Shown: positions 9,105-21,846, counted from the stretch's first letter. The stretch: DNA of 64,000 bases from Nitrospinales bacterium (GCA_965223345.1 CBDCWG010000012.1:352001-416000); one strand, 5' to 3'. Notes: a model not told the origin generated them from the letters alone. Numbers and translations are program-made.

Positions 9105-10232
9105 ATGCGGAAAAACAAACTAACAAGCGGATTATCAAAGGCGTTGATCCTCGCCGCGCTGGTTTGCAACGCGGGTGCGGCGCTGGCCCAGGACGAACCC
9201 GCAGCCAGCCTGCCGGATGAGGGTGCGACGCTGCGGGTGGCGGTGGTGGGCGACACGGGGATCGGCGAGCGGGCGTATCACTGGGGCTTCCTGGCGGTGC
9301 AGCGGGCGATGGAAGCGGAAAAACCGGAGGTGCTGCTGCACCTGGGGGATTTTGTCTACCAGCCTGAGTTCATGCCCGATGCCTGCGACCCGAAATACAT
9401 CGAGGAGATCAAAGAGAAGCTGGTGCAGCCCTTCCCGCTGCGGCTGTTCGTCGCGGGCGACAACGACCTGCCGCCGCACCGCCGGAAACCGAAAGCCTCC
9501 GGCTGCTGGGAGCACATCGATCCTTTGGACACGCCCTTCGACACGCGCGTCGCCTGGGGCAGCCAGCCGCGGGCGCACGAGGGCACGAAGGTGATCGGCA
9601 ACACGCTGTTTGCCGTGCTCAACAACTATCCCTGGCAGGACCCGACGCCGTGGCTGGGCCCGGAGATCGAGCGCGCCCGGCAGGAGGGGCTGTGGGTGGT
9701 GGTGGCGGTGCACGAACCGGCGCTGACGACGGCGTGGTATCTGGAAAAACGCGCGACGGTGCTGCGGCAGATCAACGCGCTGGGGCCGGACCTGGTGCTT
9801 GCGGGCAACCAGCATTCCTACGAACGCTTCCACGCGCTCGGCGTTCCCGATGCGGACGGCGTGTTTTCCGTGCACGCGTCGCCCACCGGCGAGTACCGGC
9901 AGGGGGCGGGGACGGTGCACGTGGTATCGGGCGGCGGCGGCGCGCTGTTCAAGCCGTTTGCGGACCAGCAGGGAATCGCCGAACGCACGGCCCCCAAAGC
10001 GGTGTTCAACGCGCTGGCGGCGCGCGCGCTGATGAACCATTACCTGATCCTGGAGATGTCGTCACAGACGCTCACGGGCAAGACGTTCCGCGTGTGCCCG
10101 GGTGAGGCGCAGACGGGCCGGAAAAACCCGCGCTGGAAAGCGCGCAAGAAAATGTGGAACAGCATCTCCCTGCGCTGCGACGGCAAACCGGTGGGGGTGA
10201 CGCAGTTCGATCAGTTCCGAATCGTGCGCTGA
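9105..10232 (+). CDS. Secreted calcineurin-like metallophosphoesterase (purple acid phosphatase-like)
   Basis: Signal peptide; VVGDTG, HLGDFVY, AGDND, VHEP, AGNQHSYER and VSGGGG motifs. Confidence 0.8.
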   Translation: MRKNKLTSGLSKALILAALVCNAGAALAQDEPAASLPDEGATLRVAVVGDTGIGERAYHWGFLAVQRAMEAEKPEVLLHLGDFVYQPEFMPDACDPKYIEEIKEKLVQPFPLRLFVAGDNDLPPHRRKPKASGCWEHIDPLDTPFDTRVAWGSQPRAHEGTKVIGNTLFAVLNNYPWQDPTPWLGPEIERARQEGLWVVVAVHEPALTTAWYLEKRATVLRQINALGPDLVLAGNQHSYERFHALGVPDADGVFSVHASPTGEYRQGAGTVHVVSGGGGALFKPFADQQGIAERTAPKAVFNALAARALMNHYLILEMSSQTLTGKTFRVCPGEAQTGRKNPRWKARKKMWNSISLRCDGKPVGVTQFDQFRIVR

Positions 10233-10490
10233 AGGCGAAGAAACGAAGGGGACAGGATGAACAGGATAAAGACGAAATAAAAAAAACTTTGCCTCGCGCA
10301 AAGGCGCCAAGCCACCTCCAGTATTTTGATAAGCGGGTGTCGAGCTATGCTCGACGAAGGCGCAAAGAAAAACGAAAAACGGTGACGAAACAGTTTCTCA
10401 ACCAGCACGAATCGTTCATCAAAAATCTGCTCGACAAGTAAAACCCGATTCAACGATTTCCTTCAAACCGCTTTCACCGCCACTCCCGCT

Positions 10491-11435
10491 ATGAACTTCA
10501 AACACATCGCCATCGGTCTCGCCTGCTACGTTCCGGGTGTTTACAATTTTCTCTCGCACCTGATCGATCAACCGGCGTCGGCGCGCTACGGCTATGCGGT
10601 GTGGATGCGGCACCTGGTGCGGGCGCATCAAAGAGGTGTCGCAGAATTTCCGTGTGTGGTGGCGGAGCTGGGGCCGGGCTATTCGTTGGGTGCGGGGATG
10701 GCGGCGCTGCTCTCGGGAGCGGAGCAGTATTACGCGGTCGATGTGGTGGGCTACGCGGGCAACAAAAAAAATTTAAAACTGTTCGATGAACTGGTTGAAC
10801 TTTTCCAAGCGCGGGCGGACATCCCGGATGCGGCGGAGTTCCCGCATCTCAAGCCGGCGCTCGACTCGTACGCGTTTCCGAAAGATCTATTGAGCGACGC
10901 GCACCTCGCGCAGACGCTGGACGAACAGCGCGTCGCCGACCTTCGGGCGTCCGTGCTGAAAACCGACGCGCCGGATTCGCCGATGCGCTATGTGTTCCCC
11001 TGGACCGACGCGAGCATTCTGGAAAAAGATTCGCTGGACATGATCTTCTCGCAGGCGGTGCTGGAGCATGTGGACGAACTGGAGGCCGCCTACCGCGCGC
11101 TGGCGAACTGGCTGAAACCCACAGGCTTCATGACGCACACGATCGATTTCAAATGCCACAACACGGCGAAGAAGTGGAACGGGCACTGGGCGATCGCGGA
11201 CTGGCAATGGCGCTTGATGCGAGGCGGACGCCCGTACCTGTTGAACCGGCAGCCGCATTCGGCGCACCTGAGGCTGCTGCACGAATCGGGGTTCAGGATC
11301 CGGCTGGATCAGCGTTTCTTCAGCAAGGAAGGCATCGACAGAAAGGACCTGACCGCGCGTTTCCAGCATCTGACCGACGAGGATCTCAAAACGCAGGGCG
11401 CGTTCATCCTGTCGGTCCCGCACCAACACGAGTGA
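10491..11435 (+). CDS. Class I SAM-dependent methyltransferase
   Basis: AELGPG motif I; DMIFSQAVLEHV and WLKPTG motifs. Confidence 0.8.
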   Translation: MNFKHIAIGLACYVPGVYNFLSHLIDQPASARYGYAVWMRHLVRAHQRGVAEFPCVVAELGPGYSLGAGMAALLSGAEQYYAVDVVGYAGNKKNLKLFDELVELFQARADIPDAAEFPHLKPALDSYAFPKDLLSDAHLAQTLDEQRVADLRASVLKTDAPDSPMRYVFPWTDASILEKDSLDMIFSQAVLEHVDELEAAYRALANWLKPTGFMTHTIDFKCHNTAKKWNGHWAIADWQWRLMRGGRPYLLNRQPHSAHLRLLHESGFRIRLDQRFFSKEGIDRKDLTARFQHLTDEDLKTQGAFILSVPHQHE

Positions 11436-11495
11436 AACGCTGCGGAGAAGGAGACGGCGAAAACCTGAACGACTTTCCCGGCTGTGGTTTCTTTT

Positions 11496-12449
11496 TCAAC
11501 CGCAGCTTTTCAGGAACGCGTCGATCTCGTCGCAGGTCTTTTTCACATCCTGGGCGGAGGTGTTGAGCGCTTTCATTTCCTCATCGGTGAGCTTGAGCTC
11601 GATGATCTTCTCCATGCCGCCGATTCCCATTCTCACCGGCACACCGAAGAAGATGCCGTCCCAGCCGTACTCGCCTTCCAGGTAGGCGGTGCAGGGCAGG
11701 ATGCGCTTCTTGTCGTGCAGGATGGCTTCGACCATCTTCACCACCGACGCGCCCGGCGCCATGAACGCACTGCCTTTTTTCAGCAGCGCCACGATCTCGG
11801 CGCCGCCTTTGCGGGTGCGTTCCACCAGGCGTTCGATCTGCTCGGTGCTCATCAACTCGGTGATGGGAATGCCGGAGACGGTGGTGTAGCGCGGCATCGG
11901 CACCATGGAATCGCCGTGACCGCCGAGCACCATCGCGTCCACGTCCACCAGCGAACAGTCCAGCTCCAGGGAAACGAAGGTACGCAGGCGGGCCGAATCC
12001 AGCACGCCGGCCATGCCCACGATGCGGTCCTTGGACAGGCCGGATACTTTTTTCGCGAGGTACACCATGGCGTCCAGGGGATTGGACACCAGGATGATGA
12101 TCGGATTCTTGGAGTGCTTCATGATCTCCTCGGTCACCGTTTTCACGATTTTGGCGTTGGTGGCCAGCAGATCTTCCCGGCTCTGGCCGGGTTTTCTCGG
12201 CAGACCGGCGGTGATCACGACGATGTCGGAACCGGCGGTGTCCTTATAGTCGTTGGTGCCGACGATGAGGCTGTCGAACACCTGCAGACAACCGGATTCC
12301 TGAAGATCGAGCGCCTTTCCCTGCGGCATCCCCTCGACGATGTCGGTGAGGACGACGTTGCCGAGGTTTTTGTAGGCCACAAGCTGCGCCACGGTGGAAC
12401 CCACCTGCCCGGCTCCGACCACCGTGATTTTTTTCCGCGCGGAGTTCAT
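11496..12449 (-). CDS. mdh: Malate dehydrogenase (LDH-like)
   Basis: [34 protein letters not shown] and GGHGD motifs. Confidence 0.95.
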   Translation of the reverse strand: MNSARKKITVVGAGQVGSTVAQLVAYKNLGNVVLTDIVEGMPQGKALDLQESGCLQVFDSLIVGTNDYKDTAGSDIVVITAGLPRKPGQSREDLLATNAKIVKTVTEEIMKHSKNPIIILVSNPLDAMVYLAKKVSGLSKDRIVGMAGVLDSARLRTFVSLELDCSLVDVDAMVLGGHGDSMVPMPRYTTVSGIPITELMSTEQIERLVERTRKGGAEIVALLKKGSAFMAPGASVVKMVEAILHDKKRILPCTAYLEGEYGWDGIFFGVPVRMGIGGMEKIIELKLTDEEMKALNTSAQDVKKTCDEIDAFLKSCG

Positions 12450-12508
12450 AGCTTTCCCCTGTGAAGTTTTCGAAGTCGAAATGATGACGCCGGAAATCGA
12501 GTTTCAGG

Positions 12509-14752
<2,244 letters not shown>

Positions 14753-15297
14753 TCACCCCATGGAAAAAGTAGCGGAGACCCCGCTGTAGTCGGAATATTA
14801 TTAAATCATCAAACGACCGTCTTCATATAAAAGGCTGTATGTTCATGGATTGCGAAGACGGTTTGTTCCGCAAGAATTCTTTGGAAACCACTTGAAAAAT
14901 AGAAGAATTTGGATTGGGGGGTAAACTAAATTATTCGCTCCCGTTTTGTCAAGCGATTTTGGATGCAAACCCCGCCGCAAACCTCCGGGCGGCGCTTTTT
15001 GGGGTCGCCTGAGAGCGCGCTGGCCGCAATTCGGGTGATCGAAAACCGCACCTCCCCGCTGCGACGTATCTACTGCATTGAAAAGTAAAATTTTAACGAT
15101 TGCCGGACTGCGGACCCGGGTGCTATCTTGATGGACTTTCTCTTCACATTAAAATTTTTTCATGAAGACGCCGCGGGACCGTTTTGCGATCCCTTTGCCG
15201 GGATTCGCTTCCGGTCCGGTACACTTTCCCGTGCTTGGGCGGATCATCTATAATAGAATCGCAGCCGTGAATTTGCATCCCTCATCGTCACAGATCC

Positions 15298-18003
15298 ATG
15301 AATGATTCGGTCACATCCTACAAATTCGGCATCAATTTCGAACCGGTGCGCCACATCCCGGAAGACCCGAAGGAGCGCCTGCCCTATTTCCAGGCCCTGA
15401 AAGCCCTGTTGTCGCAGGAGAAACGGAAAATCCAGGCCTGGCACCAGAGCGGCGTGGGCGGCCGCGAGGTCATTCAGGCGCACACGTCGCTGATCGACGA
15501 GGTCATCCGGCACCTGCTGGTTTCGCTCGCGGCTCTGCCTGTGTATCAGGGCAAGCAGATCCTGGACGAGTTCGCGCTGGTGGCGGTGGGTGGCTACGGA
15601 CGCGGCGAGCTCAACCCGTTCTCCGACATCGACCTGCTGTTTCTCAACCCGCCGAAGATCAAAAAATCGACCGACGAATTCGTGCAGGACCTCATCTCGG
15701 TCTTCTGGGGCATCGGCATGGAGATCGGCCACAGCTGCCGCACGGTCAAGGAATGCATCCAGCTGGCGCACGAAGACATCACCATCAAGACCTCGCTCAT
15801 CGAAACGCGCTTTCTGTTCGGCAACCGGTCGATCTACGACAAGTTCTGCGATTCGTTCGCGCGCAATGTGCTGAAGAAAAACATCCGCGCCTTCCTCGAT
15901 TTCAAGCTGGAGGAAAAAGCCAAGCGCTACGGCACGCAGGAGGAGATGGTCTGCGTGCAGGAGCCCAATGTGAAAGACGGTCCGGGCGGCCTGCGGGATT
16001 ACCACACCGCTCTGTGGGCGGCGGCGGTGCGCTACGGTTCGCTGTCGCTGCGCGAGATCGGCCAGAACGAGATGATTTCCAGCGGCGAGGTGGACGCGCT
16101 GTACGAATCGGTGAATTTCCTGCTGCGGGTGCGTAACGAGCTGCACTACCAAGTGAAGAAAAAATCCGATCTGCTGACGCTGGATCTGCAAAAGAAGATC
16201 GCCGCCAGCCTGGGGTATCCCTCACAAAACGACGCGGTGTGCGTGGAAAGTTTCATGCGCGATTATTTCCTGCACGCGACGACCATCTACAAGTTTTCCA
16301 AAACCATCTTCGAGTTGTGCCGGCATTCGAAGCGCGGCCTGAAAACCGTGCTGTCCGCCCTCACGCAGAAACCGCTGGGTGAGGGGTTCCTGGCGAAAGA
16401 ATCGTCGCTGATCCTGGAAAAGGACGCGGACAAATTTTTTGCCGACGATCCGACGCGGCTGCTCAAGCTGTTCGACCTGTGCCGCGAACACGGTCTGGAA
16501 CCGAATTTTCAGCTCAAGCGGCAGATCCGCGTCAACAAGCACCTGCTGGACAACGAATTTCTGCGCGATCCCTGGGTCAAGACTTTTCTGTTTGCCACGC
16601 TGGAAAACCCGCGTTCGATCCAAAGCCTGAGGCTGATGCACGAGACGGAAGTCCTCGGCCAGATCCTGCCGGAATTCGGCCGCGCCCACTGCCGGGTGAG
16701 TTACGATTTCTACCACCAGTACACCGCCGATGAGCATTCTCTGCGGATGGTGTATTTTCTCGAGGAGCTGGTGGGCGCCGACGGCCAGGACCTGGGCGAG
16801 CTGGGAGAGATCTACACCGCCCTGCCTTCGCAGGCCCAGCTCAAGCTGGCGGCGCTGCTGCAATCGATGGGCAAACAGGAAAATCCGGCCGAGACGCAGT
16901 GCGAAACCGAAGCGCTCGACGCCATCGCTGAACGCCTGCAGTTCGACGCCAACGATCTGGAGACGCTGAAGTTTCTGGTGGAACAGCAAAACGCCATGGT
17001 GGAGGCGGCCCTGCACCAGGACATCCGCCAGCCGGCGACGGTGCGCGGCTTCGCGCAGAAGGTGGCGACCCGCGAACGGCTCGACCTGCTTTATCTCATG
17101 ACCTACGCCGATCTGCGCGCGGTGGCTCCGGGCACCTGGACGTCCTGGAAAAAAGTGCTGCTCTCGGAGCTGTACCACCGCACCGGCGACTATCTGGAAC
17201 GTCCCGAATCCCTCAAGCAGATCCCGCAGGCGACGCGGGAAGAGGTGTACAAGGCGCTCAACTGGGAGTTCACGGCAGAGGAAATCGAAAAGCACCTGAG
17301 CCTGCTGCCCAAGGACTACCTGCTCGCCTCGCGGCCGGAAGAAGTGGCGCTGCACCTGCGTCTCATCCGTCCGCTCAAGAACCACGGTTTCATCCTGCAC
17401 CATCAGTTCAACGAGGACGGGGATTACCACAACCTGACGCTGTGCTGCATGGCGAAAATGGAGGCGTTCAAGAAACTGGTGGGCACAGTGACGTCGAAAA
17501 ACCTCAACATCCTGGGTGCGCAGATCTATCTTAAAAAAGACGGCATCGTGATCCTCTCCATCCAGGTGGCGACGCCGAAAAACTTTCTGCCCAACGACAT
17601 GAAAATCTGGAAGGAGGTCAAGGAAACGCTGGAAGAGGTGCTGAGCGAACGCATCACGCTGCCGGCGCTCTTGGCGTCGCGCACGCGCTACGTGAAACCG
17701 CGCGCCGCTTCGCTGCCGATCGTGCCGAAGATCCGCATCGAAAACGCCGCCAACCACCCGTACACGCTGCTGCGCATCGAGGCGCGGGATCACCTGGGCA
17801 TGCTGTACAAGATCGCCAAGGTCATCGCCGATTTCGGCATCCAGATCCACCGGGCGAAAGTTTCGACGCAGGGCAACCGCGGCATCGACGTGTTTTACAT
17901 TTCGCTGAAAAACAAAAAGCTCGTGTTTCCCAAGCTGATCCGCCGCATCAAGGAACGGCTGGTGCACGCGCTGTTGATGGACAAGGTGGAAGACATCGGA
18001 TGA
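15298..18003 (+). CDS. glnD: [Protein-PII] uridylyltransferase GlnD with degenerate HD domain
   Basis: NT motif AVGGYGRGELNPFSDIDLL, EPNVKDGPGGLRD, HQYTADEH and two C-terminal ACT domains. The HD position reads LLQSMGK. Confidence 0.92.
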   Translation: MNDSVTSYKFGINFEPVRHIPEDPKERLPYFQALKALLSQEKRKIQAWHQSGVGGREVIQAHTSLIDEVIRHLLVSLAALPVYQGKQILDEFALVAVGGYGRGELNPFSDIDLLFLNPPKIKKSTDEFVQDLISVFWGIGMEIGHSCRTVKECIQLAHEDITIKTSLIETRFLFGNRSIYDKFCDSFARNVLKKNIRAFLDFKLEEKAKRYGTQEEMVCVQEPNVKDGPGGLRDYHTALWAAAVRYGSLSLREIGQNEMISSGEVDALYESVNFLLRVRNELHYQVKKKSDLLTLDLQKKIAASLGYPSQNDAVCVESFMRDYFLHATTIYKFSKTIFELCRHSKRGLKTVLSALTQKPLGEGFLAKESSLILEKDADKFFADDPTRLLKLFDLCREHGLEPNFQLKRQIRVNKHLLDNEFLRDPWVKTFLFATLENPRSIQSLRLMHETEVLGQILPEFGRAHCRVSYDFYHQYTADEHSLRMVYFLEELVGADGQDLGELGEIYTALPSQAQLKLAALLQSMGKQENPAETQCETEALDAIAERLQFDANDLETLKFLVEQQNAMVEAALHQDIRQPATVRGFAQKVATRERLDLLYLMTYADLRAVAPGTWTSWKKVLLSELYHRTGDYLERPESLKQIPQATREEVYKALNWEFTAEEIEKHLSLLPKDYLLASRPEEVALHLRLIRPLKNHGFILHHQFNEDGDYHNLTLCCMAKMEAFKKLVGTVTSKNLNILGAQIYLKKDGIVILSIQVATPKNFLPNDMKIWKEVKETLEEVLSERITLPALLASRTRYVKPRAASLPIVPKIRIENAANHPYTLLRIEARDHLGMLYKIAKVIADFGIQIHRAKVSTQGNRGIDVFYISLKNKKLVFPKLIRRIKERLVHALLMDKVEDIG

Positions 18004-18359
18004 CACCCTACCTCCTGGCAGGCCTGCTGATTCTCTCCAACGGCTGGGTTGCCGCCAACCACAACGCACCTGAACCCGATAAGGCGCTGGGCGAGAAGAC
18101 CTACAAGGAGCGCTGCACGGTGTGCCACGGCGTGAACGGCGACGGCAACAACTTCGTCGCCACGGTGCTCGACCCGCCGCCGAAAGACTTCACCTCCGCG
18201 GAATCGAAAAAGCAGCTGACCTTGAAGCGGATGATCCGCTCGGCGACGGAAGGGCGGCCGGGAACGGCGATGATGCCGTGGAAGGACGTCCTCTCTCCTG
18301 AAGAGATTTCCGCTGTGATCGCCTACATCCGCTCACAGTTCATGAAGCTCGACTCCTGA
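18000..18359 (+). CDS. Monoheme class I cytochrome c
   Basis: Signal peptide, CTVCH heme motif, distal Met in GTAMMPW; ATGA overlap with the glnD stop. Confidence 0.9.
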   Translation: MTPYLLAGLLILSNGWVAANHNAPEPDKALGEKTYKERCTVCHGVNGDGNNFVATVLDPPPKDFTSAESKKQLTLKRMIRSATEGRPGTAMMPWKDVLSPEEISAVIAYIRSQFMKLDS

Positions 18360-18444
18360 CTCCTGCGCGGAGGGCGAGTTTGCTCACGACTGGCAGCACA
18401 GATCCGTTGTACGCAAACTCCAAGCCCCCTCTTCTATCTTGACG

Positions 18445-18595
18445 AAATCTCTGCATAAGTCGAATGTTTAAGAATTCCAGCGCTTAGCGTCACCCTGAGC
18501 TTGTCGAAGGGTGCGTTGAATCATGCTTCGACAGAGCTTGTCCTGAGCTTGCCGAAGGACTCAGCATGAAAAACAAAAACTTATGCAAAAGATCT
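18445..18595. repeat. MITE-like element containing a REP-like palindrome cluster
   Basis: Inverted ends TGCATAAGT (18452-18460) and ACTTATGCA (18579-18587) enclose GTCACCCTGAGCTTGTCGAAGGGTG (18489-18513) and the nested unit at 18522-18569. Confidence 0.65.
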
Positions 18596-18726
18596 TCCGA
18601 AGTCATCCCCGCTCACGCCGCTCCTCGCCGGAGGGGCGACTTGCTCGCGCAGCGCGATGTTTCCCGATTCGGAGCAAATGTTTCAGCCGCACCTCTCTTG
18701 AGGCAACGCGAAGTCACACCTCCGCA

Positions 18727-19035
18727 TCACTTTTTCACGGTTTTTCCGAGTTTGCTTTCGATGGAAGCCATTTTGGATTGCAACCGCCCGCTCTTGCCCT
18801 TGCGGTAGTCGATCTTGATCGAACAGGTGATGCGGCCGCAGTCGGACTGCATTTTGTCGAAGCAGGCCTTGACCACCTGCATCACTTCATCCCATTCGCC
18901 TTCCAGGACGGTTCCCATCGGGTTTAAGCGGTAATCGACCCCGCTTTCGTCGATGATCTTCAAGGACCGGCTGACGTAATCGCTGACGCTTTCCCCTTTG
19001 TCCATCGGGGACATGCTGAATTCCAGAAGTACCAT
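18727..19035 (-). CDS. MTH1187/YkoF-like thiamine-binding family protein
   Basis: SMSPMDKGESVSDYV, SGVDYRLNPMGTVLEGEWD and KIDYR motifs. Confidence 0.88.
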   Translation of the reverse strand: MVLLEFSMSPMDKGESVSDYVSRSLKIIDESGVDYRLNPMGTVLEGEWDEVMQVVKACFDKMQSDCGRITCSIKIDYRKGKSGRLQSKMASIESKLGKTVKK

Positions 19036-19158
19036 GTTTTGAATTCCTTATAAAAAAATTTCCTTGCATTTTAGAGGGCAATTGTGAAATGATCAACTTT
19101 CCCCATTCGAAATCCTGTATGGAGTTTCGAACATCCCAAGCGAAGGCGGTAAAATGCA

Positions 19159-20241
19159 TTGCCCAAAATCTCGGATTTACGCGACAAGATAGACAAGATC
19201 GACGATCAGCTGCTCAAGCTGATCAACCGGCGGGCCGCCCTGGCGATCCAGATCGGTAAGGAAAAACATAAGAAAAACCGCAGCAACCATTTCCACGTTC
19301 CCCACCGGGAGCGGGAAATCATCGAGCGCCTGAAAAGCAGCAACACCGGTCCCTTCCCCGACGATTGCATCGAATCGGTGTTCAAGGAAGTGTTTTCCGC
19401 CACCCTTGCGCTTGAAAAACCCCTCAATATCGGCTTTCTCGGCCCGAAAACCACGTTCAGCCACCAGGCCGCCGTCAAGCAGTTCGGTCATTCGGTGGTG
19501 CTCACGCCTCTGGCCAATATCGAAGCCATTTTCAAGGAAGTGGAGCAGGGCGTCTGCGACTACGGCATCGTGCCGGTGGAAAACTCCACCGAAGGGGTCA
19601 TCAACCTGACGCTCGACTGCTTCGTCGATTCCAAGCTCCTGGTCTGTGACGAGCTGAAACTGGGCATCGACCTTTACCTGCTCTCCACCCTCAAAGACGC
19701 CAAACAGATCAAGACGGTGTTTTCGCATCCGCAACCGCTGGCGCAGTGCCGCGGCTGGCTGAACCAGAACCTGCCCTGGGCGGAAACGGTTCCCGCTTCC
19801 AGCACCGCCAATGCCGCGGAACAGGCGCAGCAGGAAAAACACGCGGCGGCGATCGCCGGTCCGCTGGCCGCGGAGGTCTACGAGCTCAACGTGCTCTCGA
19901 AAAACATCCAGGACCGGCGCGACAATTTCACCCGCTTCTGGGTGATCGGCAAGGAGGAGGCCAAAAAAGCCCGGAAAAATAAAACCTCCATCATGTTTTC
20001 CATCAAGGATGAGGCGGGCTCGCTGCTCAAAGCGCTGCGGCTGTTCGCCCGGCACGACATCAACCTCACCAAGATCCAGTCGCGCCCGTTGCGCAACCGG
20101 GCCTGGGAGTACCTGTTCTACGTCGATTTCGACGGCCATGTCGATGAAGAAAAAGTCCAGAAGGTGCTGGCGACGCTGGGCCGTCACTGTTTATTCTTGA
20201 GAGTCATGGGCTCTTATCCGAAAGCGGGGACCCGCACATGA
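19159..20241 (+). CDS. pheA: Chorismate mutase / prephenate dehydratase
   Basis: AroQ domain LRDKIDKIDDQLL...REREI; PVENSTEG, SHPQPLAQC, NFTRF and ACT domain NLTKIQSRP. TTG start. Confidence 0.95.
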   Translation: MPKISDLRDKIDKIDDQLLKLINRRAALAIQIGKEKHKKNRSNHFHVPHREREIIERLKSSNTGPFPDDCIESVFKEVFSATLALEKPLNIGFLGPKTTFSHQAAVKQFGHSVVLTPLANIEAIFKEVEQGVCDYGIVPVENSTEGVINLTLDCFVDSKLLVCDELKLGIDLYLLSTLKDAKQIKTVFSHPQPLAQCRGWLNQNLPWAETVPASSTANAAEQAQQEKHAAAIAGPLAAEVYELNVLSKNIQDRRDNFTRFWVIGKEEAKKARKNKTSIMFSIKDEAGSLLKALRLFARHDINLTKIQSRPLRNRAWEYLFYVDFDGHVDEEKVQKVLATLGRHCLFLRVMGSYPKAGTRT

Positions 20242-21101
20242 AACTTTTCAATCAATTGACCATCGTGGGCGTGGGTCTTCTCGGCGGGTCCCTGGCCCGG
20301 GCCGTCAGAAAGCTGGGCCTGGCCGACACCCTCGTCGGCTGCGGCCGCAATCTCGATAACCTCCAAGAAGCCAAATCGCTTGGGTTGATCGACGCCTATA
20401 AGCAGGATCCGGCGGCGGCGGTGAAGGGCTCGGACGGCGTCATCCTGTGCTCTCCGGTGGGCACGATGCAGTCTCTGGTGGAGGCGATGCTGCCCAGCCT
20501 GGAGGCGGGATGCCTGCTCACCGATGTGGGTTCTGTGAAAAGCTCGGTGGTGCAGCAGATCGAAGCGCTGCTGCCGGAGCACATCGCGTTCATCGGGTCG
20601 CACCCGATCGCGGGCGGGGAAAAGTCGGGGCTGCACGCCTCGAGCGCGGAGCTGTTTCAGGGGGCCAACTGCATCGTCACGCCGACCGGACGCTCGAAGC
20701 CGGAAGCGCTCACCAAAACGTGTTCTTTGTGGGAGCGGCTCGGGATGCGGGTGGTGACGATGGATGTGGAGGAGCACGATTTCATTTTCGGCGCGGTGAG
20801 TCATCTGCCCCACGTCATCGCCTACGTGCTGATGAACACGATCGGCGGCCTCTCGACGGAAAACCACGGGGAGATCACTTCCTTTTCCGGCAAGGGGCTC
20901 AAAGACATCACCCGCATCGCCGGCAGCGATCCGGTGATGTGGCGGGACATCTGCGTCGCCAACAAACGGCCGGTGTTGCATCTGATCGACGATTTTCAGG
21001 AAGCGCTGCTCAAGGTGCGGCAATGGATCGAAGAGGAAGACGGCGGTGCGCTGAAGGAATCGTTCGCCAGCGCCAACCGTTACCGGCTGAACCTGACGTG
21101 A
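20238..21101 (+). CDS. tyrA: Prephenate/arogenate dehydrogenase
   Basis: GVGLLGGS, TDVGSVK, SHPIAGGEKSG, EHD...SHLPH and DITRIA motifs. Confidence 0.93.
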   Translation: MKLFNQLTIVGVGLLGGSLARAVRKLGLADTLVGCGRNLDNLQEAKSLGLIDAYKQDPAAAVKGSDGVILCSPVGTMQSLVEAMLPSLEAGCLLTDVGSVKSSVVQQIEALLPEHIAFIGSHPIAGGEKSGLHASSAELFQGANCIVTPTGRSKPEALTKTCSLWERLGMRVVTMDVEEHDFIFGAVSHLPHVIAYVLMNTIGGLSTENHGEITSFSGKGLKDITRIAGSDPVMWRDICVANKRPVLHLIDDFQEALLKVRQWIEEEDGGALKESFASANRYRLNLT

Positions 21102-21186
21102 TTTTTCAATCCAGCGTGCCGGACTCAAAGCGCTTGAAAACGAACTTTGCGAAACCAGCACCACCGTCTGAGCCTGACGTAAACTT

Positions 21187-21846
21187 ATGATGATCATCGC
21201 GATCGACGGACCTGCGGGGAGCGGGAAAAGCTCTGTGGCCAAAATCCTGGCCAAACGGCTGCACTACCGGCACATCGACACGGGATCGATGTACCGGGCG
21301 GTGGCGTGGAAATCGCTCGGCGCCGGCGTCGATCTTTCCCGCGAGGAAGCCGTGGTGAAAATCGCCGAAGACATGGCGATCGAACTGGTTCCGCACGAAA
21401 CCGGCCAGCGGGTGCGGGTGGACGGCGAAGACGTGACGGCGCATCTGTACAACGAGGAAGTCGGCCGCGGCGCGGCCGCAGTCGCCAGCCTGGCCAGGGT
21501 GAGGGACATGCTGGTGGCAAAACAGCGGGAAATCGGCAAGAACGGTTCGGTGGTGATGGACGGCCGCGACATCGGCACGGTGGTGTTTCCCGAGGCGGAG
21601 AAAAAGTTTTTTCTGGAAGCCAGCCCCGAGGAACGGGGACGGCGGCGGTATCTGGAACTGAAAGACAAAGGCAAGGACGTCGATCTGGATTCGATCGTCG
21701 AGCAGGTGAAGCAGCGGGATTACGAAGACCGCAACCGCAGCGTATCTCCGCTGATACCGGCGGCCGATGCGATTCAGTTGAACACGACGAAGATGGATCT
21801 CAACGAGGTCGCGGACACCTTGCTCAAATGGATCGAAAGTGAATGA
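21187..21846 (+). CDS. cmk: Cytidylate kinase
   Basis: AIDGPAGSGKSS, DTGSMYRA and DGRDIGTVVFP motifs. Confidence 0.96.
   Translation: MMIIAIDGPAGSGKSSVAKILAKRLHYRHIDTGSMYRAVAWKSLGAGVDLSREEAVVKIAEDMAIELVPHETGQRVRVDGEDVTAHLYNEEVGRGAAAVASLARVRDMLVAKQREIGKNGSVVMDGRDIGTVVFPEAEKKFFLEASPEERGRRRYLELKDKGKDVDLDSIVEQVKQRDYEDRNRSVSPLIPAADAIQLNTTKMDLNEVADTLLKWIESE

Noticed and set aside
10250..10370. Short repeats ACAGGATGAACAGGATAA and AAGGCGC(C/A)AAG twice
   Set aside because: Possibly REP-like remnants, but too short and not repeated elsewhere in the window.
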